The translations under genes and the position numbers were made by a program. Positions 9,669-18,760 of a stretch of DNA of 64,000 nt are shown here, piece after piece (positions within the stretch are counted from its first letter, which is position 1; each line of letters opens with the position of its first letter). The stretch comes from an uncultured Nitrospiraceae bacterium (GTDB lineage Bacteria; Nitrospirota; Nitrospiria; Nitrospirales; Nitrospiraceae), in assembly GCA_963730935.1 (NCBI GenBank), contig CAVSTP010000004.1:384001-448000 (forward strand). The letters are read 5' to 3'. The notes beneath the pieces were generated by a model. It saw only the letters and a list, made by a program, of their open reading frames with translations. It was not told the origin of the DNA and searched no databases.

Positions 9669-9902
9669 TCAGTCCATAAGGCTGCTCCTAAAGGACCGCT
9701 TCCTTGCCGGAATACTTCGCGACGAGCGGTATTGGCCTGGACCCAGGAAGGTATTGGGACCATCGGCCGTTTAAAAATACAGATTCTGCTCGAAGGCGAC
9801 GACGTTCAGATCGGGTGGGACTGGTTTGGATGCTTGGTCCGTGGCGCATCCGGCGAACAAACCGACCACGACGACCGCTCGACACCATCGTTGTTTCATC
9901 AT
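9669..9902 (-). pseudogene. Interrupted lipoprotein gene related to the N-terminal domain of 11205..12833
   Basis: GGGAGG RBS; MMKQRWCRAVVVVGLFAGC lipobox; in-frame TAA at 9771-9773; read-through VAFEQNLYF*TADGPNTFLGPGQY aligns with LTLERRVHFLAPDGTDVVVEAGTY. Confidence 0.6.
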
Positions 9903-9994
9903 CGCCTCCCTGGCCCACGACCATTGTCTTCCGCAGTTTTATATCCTGCCATCCTCATGGGTATCGTTCCTGGCCGGAACTCCATGAAATTCCC

Positions 9995-11017
9995 TCACGC
10001 GACTTTGCCTGGAGTCAACGTAATCTGCTCGCAGTACATCTCGACCTTGACGCGCCTGATGGTGTCGCTGGCGCTTGTTGCCCTGTCAGGAGAGAATCCG
10101 AAAATCCCCAGGTGCTGGAACGTCACGGTCAGGAGTGTGCCTTTCATGGTTGGATCCAGAAGTTCCAACGTCCCGACTCGCTCGTTTTGCTCTCCGGAAT
10201 TGCCTTTGAGCACCATATCTTGGAACCAGGAGTAAAACGTACCGGCTGATGCTTCACCGACATAGAGACTCAGGTTCGGAAACTCCAGCTTGCCGGGTTC
10301 CTTGACAAAATCACGTATTTGGCCAAGAGGATCCTGCACGACCTTCTGCTTGATCGTGAAGGCGTCGATCTTGCTGACTCTGCTACAGTCGAGGCCTGGA
10401 ATCGTCAGTTTGAAATTCGCCGTCAGCCAGCCTTTCGTTCTCTTGGCGAGCAACCCGGACACATCGTTCCCTTTGCCCGACAGCAGTGTCGTAAATTCCG
10501 GAGCGAATTTCACGGTGAGATGTCCGGGGTCTTTCGAACTAGCATCGAAGGCCGGAAAGGCGATTTCGGAGATCACGGCGTTGTTGAACTGCAACCGGCT
10601 TTGCTCCTTGCGATTGAAGTCCGCGGTAATAAGTGCGCCGGTTTTTCTTAATGGAGTCATGTTGAGCGCGCTGTTCACCCAATCGAAAAGCGGTTTGGGC
10701 ATGACGGGATCGCACTCGATGGCGATCTCCTCGAACCTTGGCTGACCGATGTGTTTTTTGACGAAAGGTGCTGTCGGCTCAGCGATCACATCGGCTTTTG
10801 GAAAGCCACCCTCGGCCGCGTTCAGCGTCTCGACGATCTGTCCGTCGAGTTCGAGCAGGAACCCTCCGACGGCATAGTTGCGCTGCAGGGCCGCGTGGGT
10901 GAGCCCAGGCCTGAGACCGGGAATTCCGAAAACCGCCATGCCGCCCGCCAAGAGCCCTGCACGAGTCAAGAATTCCCGGCGCGAAGGCGGACCGTCTTGC
11001 GATTGCCCGTTATCCAT
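9995..11017 (-). CDS. Phage tail-tube (T4 gp19/eCIS tube-like) protein, two tandem domains, with Tat signal
   Basis: SRREFL twin-arginine leader; domain 1 FLLELDG..KKHIGQPRFEEI..LFDWV..RKTGALI; domain 2 NFKLTIPG..KEPGKLEFPNLSL..FYSWF..ERVGTLELLD. Confidence 0.8.
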   Translation of the reverse strand: MDNGQSQDGPPSRREFLTRAGLLAGGMAVFGIPGLRPGLTHAALQRNYAVGGFLLELDGQIVETLNAAEGGFPKADVIAEPTAPFVKKHIGQPRFEEIAIECDPVMPKPLFDWVNSALNMTPLRKTGALITADFNRKEQSRLQFNNAVISEIAFPAFDASSKDPGHLTVKFAPEFTTLLSGKGNDVSGLLAKRTKGWLTANFKLTIPGLDCSRVSKIDAFTIKQKVVQDPLGQIRDFVKEPGKLEFPNLSLYVGEASAGTFYSWFQDMVLKGNSGEQNERVGTLELLDPTMKGTLLTVTFQHLGIFGFSPDRATSASDTIRRVKVEMYCEQITLTPGKVA

Positions 11018-11204
11018 GAAAGTCCCTCCGTGAAGTTTATGCCCACGTGTCTTAGCTCGAACGAATACCTCTGGCGGTTCGATTGCCCGTTCCTACTTTG
11101 TCCAGATCCTCATTTCCGCTACTCGATTCTCTAATCGTGCGGTGGAATCGTCACCGTGGTCAGCGGACTCGTCCTGGTGCCTGGAACGAGTTTCCCGATA
11201 CCTC

Positions 11205-12833
11205 TCATGGACATGTGGTCGTCAGCCTGGTGTAGAGCTCATCCAGATTGATGCGGTCCGTTCGATCGTCGGCGAGGACGGTTTGGCCGGTAGCCAACTT
11301 AATTTCCTTGGACCAGCCTCTGGGCACGTTTCCATGACGGTACCCGCGCGCTTTCGCATCGGCCGCGTAGCGGTTGCGAAGATATTTTGTGCTGAAATTT
11401 CCGAGATTGCTGAAATAGTGCGCGGTGAGGTGCGCGGGATCGAGTGCCATCTCGCCGACGTATGAAGGACCGTCGTCCTGATCGTCCCATCCCCAGGGCG
11501 GGTGCGGCGAGTCGGTCGAACACTCGACGGTCACCCCGTTGCCGCAGCCCCCGCCCTTATCGCCTTTGAAGGCTCCCCACCGTGCGAAGGTCTGGGCCTG
11601 GTCCCGTGATAATGTAGCCTCGCTGAGTTGCTGCTGCCAGAGTCCATTGGACGCAAAAAAGTCGATCAGCATGTAGTCCACCTGCCGGTCGTTTCCAGAT
11701 TGCGGGATCTCGGCCCTACTTCTTGAAGGAAAGTAGATGATGCCGTCCTCATTCGGCTTGCCGTGGAAATCAGAGGTGAAGGGAAAAGCTTTGAGCCCAT
11801 GTCCTTTGGCCTGCTGCACAGTCAACGGATGCCACGCACCATCATGCTGCTGTAGGGTAAGCGTCCCGTCGATGTTTTCGTGGCCGTTTTGAAGTTGGCT
11901 GCCGGCAGGGACGAACGAATAGAAATCGTTGTGGAAGACCGTCACCATTCCTTCAAGGCGCCCGTACGGGGTTCCGTCCTTTCGGACGATCGTCAACTGG
12001 CCTTCCATGTCGTTCTCATGTTCCTGATCGAAGCTGGAATCGGTCCAATCGCGTGGATGAAAAAATCCATAGGCGATGAACCAGTGGGTGCAGGTTTCCA
12101 CAACCGAATAATACGCGTGGGCGGCCAACGGGAACCTGGTGAGATTTTCCCAGTTGTCGGTGGCGATCATGTTCCCGTCATAATCGAATCGAGTAATGTA
12201 ATCGGCCCGATAGTTCGTGCTGTCCGTATCCTGATAATGGATGGGAGCGTAGCGGTAGGCGAGATCATAATCGGTCGGTCCCCGAATACCCACGACCGGC
12301 GCCTGCTTCAGTACGGCTAACTGAATCTGCGAGGCGGAAAGGAGCGCGGGGTTCACGCCGCGTGCGCGGGTTCCGGAAAGAGATCCTACGGCATCCAACG
12401 CCCGTCCTTCCGGCAGCACAACCACGGCGTGGACAAGATCCATGTTCTCGTCCGGCACCGCAAGGGCGATGGGTTGATCGATCCTTTCATCATGCTTCAC
12501 GGTCTGGGCCTCGAGCGCAATTGAAGCCTGCCCCTGGGCGGTCAGCGTGATCTGGGAGGTCTGAGACGTGTCAGCCGTATACGTGCCGGCCTCCACGACG
12601 ACATCCGTGCCGTCCGGTGCCAGAAAATGAACCCGCCGCTCCAGAGTGAGGGAAGGCATTGTGGGTATACCTCTCGCCGACTCAGAGGCGACCTTCGCAT
12701 CGGAGTGAGTAGGGGGTGCCTGTTCAGTAGTTTCCGGAACCACAGGCTCCTCGGCTAGACCGACCCCCGGCATAAGGAGCCACATCATGACTAACGCCAG
12801 GCTGCAACGCAGCCTCATACGGGAAAGATTCAT
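11205..12833 (-). CDS. Secreted two-domain protein; C-terminal domain with YAP/FHPRDW/HENDMEG motifs (putative hydrolase or toxin-like)
   Basis: GGAGG RBS; signal peptide; SARGI and RARGV tags flank the N-domain; LAYRYAPIHYQ, YYSVVET..H.FI.Y.FFHPRDW, HENDMEG. Confidence 0.7.
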   Translation of the reverse strand: MNLSRMRLRCSLALVMMWLLMPGVGLAEEPVVPETTEQAPPTHSDAKVASESARGIPTMPSLTLERRVHFLAPDGTDVVVEAGTYTADTSQTSQITLTAQGQASIALEAQTVKHDERIDQPIALAVPDENMDLVHAVVVLPEGRALDAVGSLSGTRARGVNPALLSASQIQLAVLKQAPVVGIRGPTDYDLAYRYAPIHYQDTDSTNYRADYITRFDYDGNMIATDNWENLTRFPLAAHAYYSVVETCTHWFIAYGFFHPRDWTDSSFDQEHENDMEGQLTIVRKDGTPYGRLEGMVTVFHNDFYSFVPAGSQLQNGHENIDGTLTLQQHDGAWHPLTVQQAKGHGLKAFPFTSDFHGKPNEDGIIYFPSRSRAEIPQSGNDRQVDYMLIDFFASNGLWQQQLSEATLSRDQAQTFARWGAFKGDKGGGCGNGVTVECSTDSPHPPWGWDDQDDGPSYVGEMALDPAHLTAHYFSNLGNFSTKYLRNRYAADAKARGYRHGNVPRGWSKEIKLATGQTVLADDRTDRINLDELYTRLTTTCP

Positions 12834-12942
12834 CACAGCTCGTCCTCCATTTGCAATCAGCATCGATTGAGATGCCTGATCGTTGGTCCTCGTCACGGGA
12901 AAACCAGCTCTCCAGTGAAGGCCCCGGCGTTTGTCGTACCGG

Positions 12943-14370
12943 CTATTTGGTCTCACTGGGCTTTTCTACTTGCTCTGTTGCCATGCCTTCAGAAGGATCA
13001 AAGGGGCTCGGCTGCACAATTTCCGGCTCTTCCGTCTTACCCTCCTCAACACCGCGGCTCATGACGGCCATGTTGGCCCCGGTAATAGCTCCTGTTGCTG
13101 CAACAAAACCCGACGACACTTGGCAGGTGAATTCACGTGACGTACCGGCCGGGAGCGAACCAAAGAAACTGGCGAGATTGCCGGAAACGGGAAGTGACTG
13201 TACCTGCGAGCCGCTTGACGTGGTGGTTCTCATGGTGAATCCGGTGAGCTGGGGCGGCCCGAATTTTGACGAGGTTTGATTCTTATCGAGGGTACACATG
13301 ACGGTCTGCGTCTGACCGGCTTCGCACAGGGCGCCTTCTTCGACGCCGACGACGTTGAGCGGACCAACGAGGTTCGCGCCGCTCGGATTGAAGCAGGCAA
13401 CCACCATCGTTCCACGCGCGGAGCTGCCACTCCAACGCAGGCGGGTGTTACCCGTCAGTGAGGCATCATTCATCCCCATCTTCTGTAGAATCCAGCCGCG
13501 GAAATTATAGACATCCGTGAACGTGGCTTCACCGGTTGGGGTCTTACAATCGCTGACCGTTCCTTGCGAGGCGATCCCCCGGACCGTTGCGCGTCCATAC
13601 TCTACGGTGACGAAGCCCGATCCACTGTCGCCCTCACACAACGATGCGTTGGCTGCCGCCGCTGTAATGTAGAACTTTGGGGGGAAGCTGTCTGGCCCAA
13701 TAGGAGCTCGGAAAATGGCGAACTGTCCAGCCGGCGTATTGAGATTGTGACTGAAGTTGGCGACGGTTCCCACCACGCCTGCATGGCGCGAATCTCTCGG
13801 CAAGCCGACGGTTTGGATATAGGGGGTGATCGAAAAGGGCTGTGGCAGCTTGATCAGCGCGATGTCGTTGGCCTGATCGCTGGAAGGTGAATACTGCTCA
13901 TGGACGTAAATACCGCCTGAGCCGGAACCTGTCTGGCGAGTCTCTGTTTGACTCTGGTTGGTGTATGGATCGGTACGGGTGTAGGTGACTTTGGCGCCGC
14001 TGATCTGCACGCAATGAGCGGCGGTCAACACCCATCGTGGATCGAGGAGCACGCCTCGGCACGATAATCTCGATTGCACGCTGACGACCCAGGGATATCT
14101 GTAATCGGGTTCGAAAATACCACCGGTGGGCGGCAGCACGATCGGCGTAGGGGCGCTCGGTGCCGGTGGCGGAGCCGTTTTTGACGGCAGCCTACCTGTA
14201 TCAAGCTGGGCGCGGCTCACCGCACGTTCCTGAACTGCGTTGGGGTCGCCAGACGGCGCCGATGACGTCGCCGGATCGCCTGCGCAGCCGCTGACGAGCC
14301 CGGCAATCAAAATCGCTGTTGCCGACAGAGACACCGCTTGCTTTGCCTTCTGACGTTCAGCCGAAATCAT
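12943..14370 (-). CDS. Trypsin-like (S1) serine protease lipoprotein
   Basis: AAGGAGG RBS; LVSGC lipobox; triad LTAAHC, NDIALI, GDSGSG; VQERAV and VMSRGVEEG tags. Confidence 0.9.
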   Translation of the reverse strand: MISAERQKAKQAVSLSATAILIAGLVSGCAGDPATSSAPSGDPNAVQERAVSRAQLDTGRLPSKTAPPPAPSAPTPIVLPPTGGIFEPDYRYPWVVSVQSRLSCRGVLLDPRWVLTAAHCVQISGAKVTYTRTDPYTNQSQTETRQTGSGSGGIYVHEQYSPSSDQANDIALIKLPQPFSITPYIQTVGLPRDSRHAGVVGTVANFSHNLNTPAGQFAIFRAPIGPDSFPPKFYITAAAANASLCEGDSGSGFVTVEYGRATVRGIASQGTVSDCKTPTGEATFTDVYNFRGWILQKMGMNDASLTGNTRLRWSGSSARGTMVVACFNPSGANLVGPLNVVGVEEGALCEAGQTQTVMCTLDKNQTSSKFGPPQLTGFTMRTTTSSGSQVQSLPVSGNLASFFGSLPAGTSREFTCQVSSGFVAATGAITGANMAVMSRGVEEGKTEEPEIVQPSPFDPSEGMATEQVEKPSETK

Positions 14371-14454
14371 AAGAACCTCCTTCTTCGAGACACATAAGAA
14401 CGATTTGTCAGCGTCAGATTCACACCGTGTGATGAAGCTGACCAGCAAGAGCAC

Positions 14455-15045
14455 TCACTGCTTTCCTGAAATAGTTCCTTTCGGGTACGAGCAGGTGCCG
14501 GTACATGTATCACCGTCCCCTTTGTGACATGTAGAGGTCTTTCCGTCTTTGGACGTGACCGAGCAGCTTCCTTGTCCGCCATCGCATGAACAGCTCATCA
14601 TCACGTTGCCAGGCTGTGATGCCAGTGCGGCTGACTCATCCCCCTGGCCAGAAGGTGTTTGGGTCTCGCCCTCAACCCCTCGGCTCATGACCGAAAGGTT
14701 GGTGTTTGGAATCGTACTGAGCATCGCCCTGGTCCCACCAGGTTTGTAGGCTCCACAATACTTAGTTGTCCCAGATATCGTGGCGCCATTTTCGTCTGTG
14801 CCCGTACATGGTCGATTGTTATACATTCCACAAGCGACCCCTGCACTGTTCCTAATGTCGAGGATCGTTCCAAAACCAGACGCAGGTGTGTAACAGGCAC
14901 AGGCACATTCGTTGTAAATCGGGTCCTTAGGTTTGGCGTAAGTGACGTCCGGCGCGACGATGGTCAATCCCACTCCGACTCCGACCGTCAATACCAGAAA
15001 GAATCTCAAAACCCCCTGGCTGCCATGTTGCGTTCTAAGTAACAT
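14455..15045 (-). CDS. Secreted protein with two 6-Cys domains separated by VMSRGVEGE linker
   Basis: AAGGAGG RBS; signal peptide; 12 Cys in two clusters. Confidence 0.8.
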   Translation of the reverse strand: MLLRTQHGSQGVLRFFLVLTVGVGVGLTIVAPDVTYAKPKDPIYNECACACYTPASGFGTILDIRNSAGVACGMYNNRPCTGTDENGATISGTTKYCGAYKPGGTRAMLSTIPNTNLSVMSRGVEGETQTPSGQGDESAALASQPGNVMMSCSCDGGQGSCSVTSKDGKTSTCHKGDGDTCTGTCSYPKGTISGKQ

Positions 15046-15121
15046 GATGATCCTCCTTCATCGAAAGGTTGCAGCGTGACGCATCTCTCTCGCTGTGGCA
15101 ACTCACTTACCTTCAAGCTCG

Positions 15122-15137
15122 TGCATTTGATCTGCCA
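15122..15137 (-). promoter_or_regulatory. Putative sigma54 (-24/-12) promoter upstream of 14455..15045
   Basis: Minus strand TGGCAGATCAAATGCA has GG and GC separated by 10 nt, about 77 nt upstream of the ATG. Confidence 0.45.
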
Positions 15138-15151
15138 ATCCTCAACCTCGA

Positions 15152-15238
15152 TCAGAATTGATCCAACGTCATCAGCGTGCCGATGATGCGGTAGTTAATG
15201 CGCCCTTTGCACCCACGGTATCGACCTGTGACTTCACT
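15152..15238 (-). pseudogene. Orphan 3' fragment of the 16585/17632/26624 paralogue family
   Basis: Translates ..GCKGRINYRIIGTLMTLDQF*, matching GCQAEITYTIIRALMPFDQF* of 17632..18663. Confidence 0.7.
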
Positions 15239-16467
15239 CATCGAAGAACCGGCGGTGACGCCAAGCCATACACCACCAATTGAAACTTTTCATTTGCTGT
15301 CGCAGCTCCGTCTCTGCGGGTCGTGAGCAACATGTAGCCATTCGGATCCTTGAAAATGCCGACAAAGAAGCCGCTCGAGGTTTGAATGGCATACGTGCAA
15401 TTTCCCTGATCGATGACTCGGAATTTCTCCCAGGCTTTGACCTGCGTCGCATCGGTATGGAAAACCGTGGTGAAACCGCCGATGCAAGCGCTGAAGAGCC
15501 CACAATCCGGGGGAAGGTATTTCTGAACCTGCCCGCCGCCGCCAGTGGCCGTCACGTAATTCCTGCCGTTCGCTGTCTGAAGCGCATACGTACCGTCCCC
15601 TTGATTGATAAATTTGAACTTCGTCTCCATGGTCGTCGGATTACTCAGCAAGATGGCTTCAGTCGTCTGCCCCCCACTACTCCGGGCCCAGAAGAACCCG
15701 CCGTTGGCTGCCATGACGCCATACTCCTGTCCCGATTCCAAGTCGCCGCATTTCACGATCCTGAACTGTTCCCAGGCTTTGATTTGAGTGGCATCCGTAT
15801 GGATCGCATCCTGATATTTTCCGCCACCCCCGACGGCTGTCAGATAATTGCTCTTTATAGTCTGTATGCCATAGTAGGCAGGGACCGCGGGTATGCCGAC
15901 CCCTAGATCGAGGAGGCGGAATCGTTCCCAGTCTTTGGCCTGCGTCGCATCCGTATGAAGGACGTTCGCGGTCATCCCGCCGCCATTCACCGCAGTGACA
16001 AAGTTTCCGGTGGGCGCCGTTTGCACCGTCTTGTCGTGCGGCGAGGGAGGCGTTGCAATGGCCAATTTGAATTTTTCCCAGGGACCCGCAGATGTGGCGC
16101 TGGTAATGACGGTCGGATCTCCGCTCCGTCCGCCGCCGTTGATTGCCGTGAGGTAGTAGCCTTTCTGAGTCCGAAATGCGAATTCGCCCGGGTAGGCGCT
16201 TGCGGCAGGGGTGACAAGAACACCCTGCACGGCCATGCCGGAGGCAAGTGCACCTGGTGCAATCTTACTCACTCCACGCTCTTGCACTTCACCGGACAAT
16301 TCGGAAGGTTGCGACTCCTGACGTGCCGAGGGTTCGGCTGGAATCACGGGAACTTCCATGACGGACAGATCTGCGCGCTCAGCCGGAGCTTGCTCCGTCG
16401 TCGTACAGCCGTTCGTGAAGAAACACAAACCGATCAGGAGCAGCGGCGTGAGTATCCTGGCTTTCAT
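15238..16467 (-). CDS. Lipoprotein with fascin-like beta-trefoil repeats
   Basis: FTNGC lipobox; EVQERGV tag; repeated T..G.(Y/F)(L/V)TA..GGG....HTDATQ..(A/D)WE.F units. Confidence 0.82.
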   Translation of the reverse strand: MKARILTPLLLIGLCFFTNGCTTTEQAPAERADLSVMEVPVIPAEPSARQESQPSELSGEVQERGVSKIAPGALASGMAVQGVLVTPAASAYPGEFAFRTQKGYYLTAINGGGRSGDPTVITSATSAGPWEKFKLAIATPPSPHDKTVQTAPTGNFVTAVNGGGMTANVLHTDATQAKDWERFRLLDLGVGIPAVPAYYGIQTIKSNYLTAVGGGGKYQDAIHTDATQIKAWEQFRIVKCGDLESGQEYGVMAANGGFFWARSSGGQTTEAILLSNPTTMETKFKFINQGDGTYALQTANGRNYVTATGGGGQVQKYLPPDCGLFSACIGGFTTVFHTDATQVKAWEKFRVIDQGNCTYAIQTSSGFFVGIFKDPNGYMLLTTRRDGAATANEKFQLVVYGLASPPVLR

Positions 16468-16584
16468 GGGAAGTCCCTCCCTCAAAGGCAGCGCCTCATT
16501 TCTCAGGATCACTTGTTCACCAAAGGTTCCTGGAACATTTCTATTTTCCATCACATGGTCCATCTGCTCGGAATGAGAAAATAC

Positions 16585-17583
16585 TCAGAGCAGGGTGAGC
16601 ACGATCCGATAGGTGACTCTCGCTTTACAAAATTTGTCGTAATCTTCATACACGATATAGTTGAAATCTTTGATCGGTGGTGGAGTGAGCTTTTTGGTCA
16701 ACGTGATCCCATTAGGTGTAAATTGACCTATAGGATCTTTCTCGTTGAACCTCATGCCAGGCTCGAACAAATTTGCGAGGCCAATATTGCGAGCGGACCA
16801 TCCGAACTCCGCGATTTCTCGCGTCTGTCCGCCACTTAGCTTAAACTCTTTCATATGATCTCGTCCGTCAGGTGAGGCCCAATATAAATGGATGTCACTT
16901 TTTCCCACCGTATCGCAGTCGGCATACAAAAAGAATTTGAGAGGTGTGACAGTGACATTGAACCTCGGTGTCATGGTGAATTGAGTACTAAACGTGAAGG
17001 ACTTCCCGTTCGGAATGAGTTCCCGAAGGGCGATATCGAGGCGCATGAGCCTGGACAGCCCGTCTCTCAAGTCATCCGCGTACCGAACTTGTATACCGGT
17101 CGTGGGTTTGTAGGTCTCTGTCAGGCGCTGTCCGGAGGTGCTGTAGGCGACGCTGATCTCGACCGGAACTGTGAGGGCTGGATTTTCGGGCACTCGGAGG
17201 TCGACCGTGTTGGTTGCGGGGAAGGATACCTGAATCGCGTTGGCGACGAAATTGAGGGTGGGCGTGGGAGCAGTGTAACTCGGGAGACGGATGAAGCTGC
17301 CTCCCTGGATCGCTCCCGACGAGAGCTTCGGCGGTAGTAGTCCCCGTTCCTGAATGTCGCCAGCCTCCGCCGACGGAGCGGGCTCTTCGGGTATCGTAGC
17401 CGCCGCACCAGGCGATGCCGGTTCCTGAGCACCGGTTGCTGTGCCGATCTCAACCCCGGTGCCAGTGGCGGATGGACTTTCGAGCGTCGGCTGATCCGCC
17501 AGCAACCGCGGAACGAGCGGCACGCTCACAAGACCACCGGTCAACAGCGCGATTGTTAGTATGGAGATCGTGATCGATCGCAT
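16585..17583 (-). CDS. Secreted protein, paralogue family A (copy 1)
   Basis: GGAGGGAG RBS; MRSITISI signal peptide; EAGDIQERGL tag; co-linear with 17632..18663. Confidence 0.8.
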   Translation of the reverse strand: MRSITISILTIALLTGGLVSVPLVPRLLADQPTLESPSATGTGVEIGTATGAQEPASPGAAATIPEEPAPSAEAGDIQERGLLPPKLSSGAIQGGSFIRLPSYTAPTPTLNFVANAIQVSFPATNTVDLRVPENPALTVPVEISVAYSTSGQRLTETYKPTTGIQVRYADDLRDGLSRLMRLDIALRELIPNGKSFTFSTQFTMTPRFNVTVTPLKFFLYADCDTVGKSDIHLYWASPDGRDHMKEFKLSGGQTREIAEFGWSARNIGLANLFEPGMRFNEKDPIGQFTPNGITLTKKLTPPPIKDFNYIVYEDYDKFCKARVTYRIVLTLL

Positions 17584-17631
17584 GGTGTTCTCCCTCCGCA
17601 CGAATCGGCGCGCCGCCATCTCAACCGCCGC

Positions 17632-18663
17632 TCAGAATTGATCAAACGGCATCAGTGCGCGGATGATCGTGTATGTAATCTCCGCCTGACACCCCCCGCC
17701 GGATTTGCTTGGCTGCCCGGGCGGCCCTGCCGTCTCCTCCTTCAAGAAAAAATGATGTTTGGTAGTCGGTCCCGGCACCAACGGTCTGCCTGACCTACCG
17801 AGAGGGGGGGTGTATTCCCCGAAGTCACGCTCGTCAAAGAACACAGACGGTTCCTGGAGTTTGTCCCGCGTAGTGATCTCCTTGCGGGTCCAAGAAAATT
17901 GTGTGATCCCTTTTGCCTCGCCCTGACCGAGTTTGAACTTTTGCTCATGGAATTGACCATCAGGCGAATGCCACTTGAAGGTGATGTCACCTTTCCCAAC
18001 GGTATCGCATCGGTTAACCATGACGAATCTCAAATCCGTGACAAAGACGTCATAGAGCGGGGTGATCGTGAACTCCTTGTTGATCCCGAATCCTTGCCCA
18101 TTGGGGACCAGTTCCCTCACAGTAATAACGAGCTTCATCGGCCGTGGGTCCCCGTTCCCTTCAGCGTCGCGGTACGAGAGGGTCAGGCCGCTGGTGGAAC
18201 TATAGGTTCCTTTCTGGATCTGTGATCGGAACGGAGAGCTATAGAAGACTTCGACCTCGACGGGCACTGTCACCGGCAGGTTCGGGGGAATGCGGAGGTT
18301 CACGGAGATGCTCTTCGACGTGATCCGCATCGCGTTTCGGATCGCGCTTAAACTTAGTGTCGGCGCGCTAAATTGAGTTGGTGAGTTAGGTTGAAGGTTG
18401 GGCGCCACTTGCCCAGGCAGGACCCCCCGTTCCTGAATGTCGCCAGCCTCCGCCGACGGAGCGGGCTCTTCGGGTATCGCGGTAGGCGCACCAGGCGATG
18501 CCGGTTCTTGCGCGCCAACCGCTGTGCCGACCTCGTCTCCGGTGCCGGTGGATGGGGTACTCAGGACCGGCGGCTCGTCAGCCAGCGCCCATGTTACCTG
18601 CGGCACACCCAACAGACCGCCGGTCAGCAGAAGCGTTGCTATGGACATAGTGATCGATCGCAT
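17632..18663 (-). CDS. Secreted protein, paralogue family A (copy 2)
   Basis: GAGGAG RBS; MRSITMSI signal peptide; EAGDIQERGV tag; shared VPVE, RELVPNG, CDTVGK.DI...W.SPDG motifs. Confidence 0.8.
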   Translation of the reverse strand: MRSITMSIATLLLTGGLLGVPQVTWALADEPPVLSTPSTGTGDEVGTAVGAQEPASPGAPTAIPEEPAPSAEAGDIQERGVLPGQVAPNLQPNSPTQFSAPTLSLSAIRNAMRITSKSISVNLRIPPNLPVTVPVEVEVFYSSPFRSQIQKGTYSSTSGLTLSYRDAEGNGDPRPMKLVITVRELVPNGQGFGINKEFTITPLYDVFVTDLRFVMVNRCDTVGKGDITFKWHSPDGQFHEQKFKLGQGEAKGITQFSWTRKEITTRDKLQEPSVFFDERDFGEYTPPLGRSGRPLVPGPTTKHHFFLKEETAGPPGQPSKSGGGCQAEITYTIIRALMPFDQF

Positions 18664-18760
18664 GATGGTCTCCTCTGCCTGGGGATACCAAACGGTTCCT
18701 CGAACCGATAGGCCTTGGAACACTCCGAAACCAGTTCCGTGCTGAGCACAACTCCGAGTA

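Noticed and set aside
825..11017. Calling the region a canonical T6SS or eCIS/prophage locus
   Set aside because: No sheath, baseplate wedge, membrane complex, ATPase, capsid or terminase genes in the window, and the structural homologues have export leaders
12943..14370. Trypsin-like protease as the enzyme that cuts the Arg tag
   Set aside because: Not excluded, but disfavoured: the residue at the usual S1 Asp position appears to be Ser (NASLCEGDSG), and the protein itself carries both tags like a substrate
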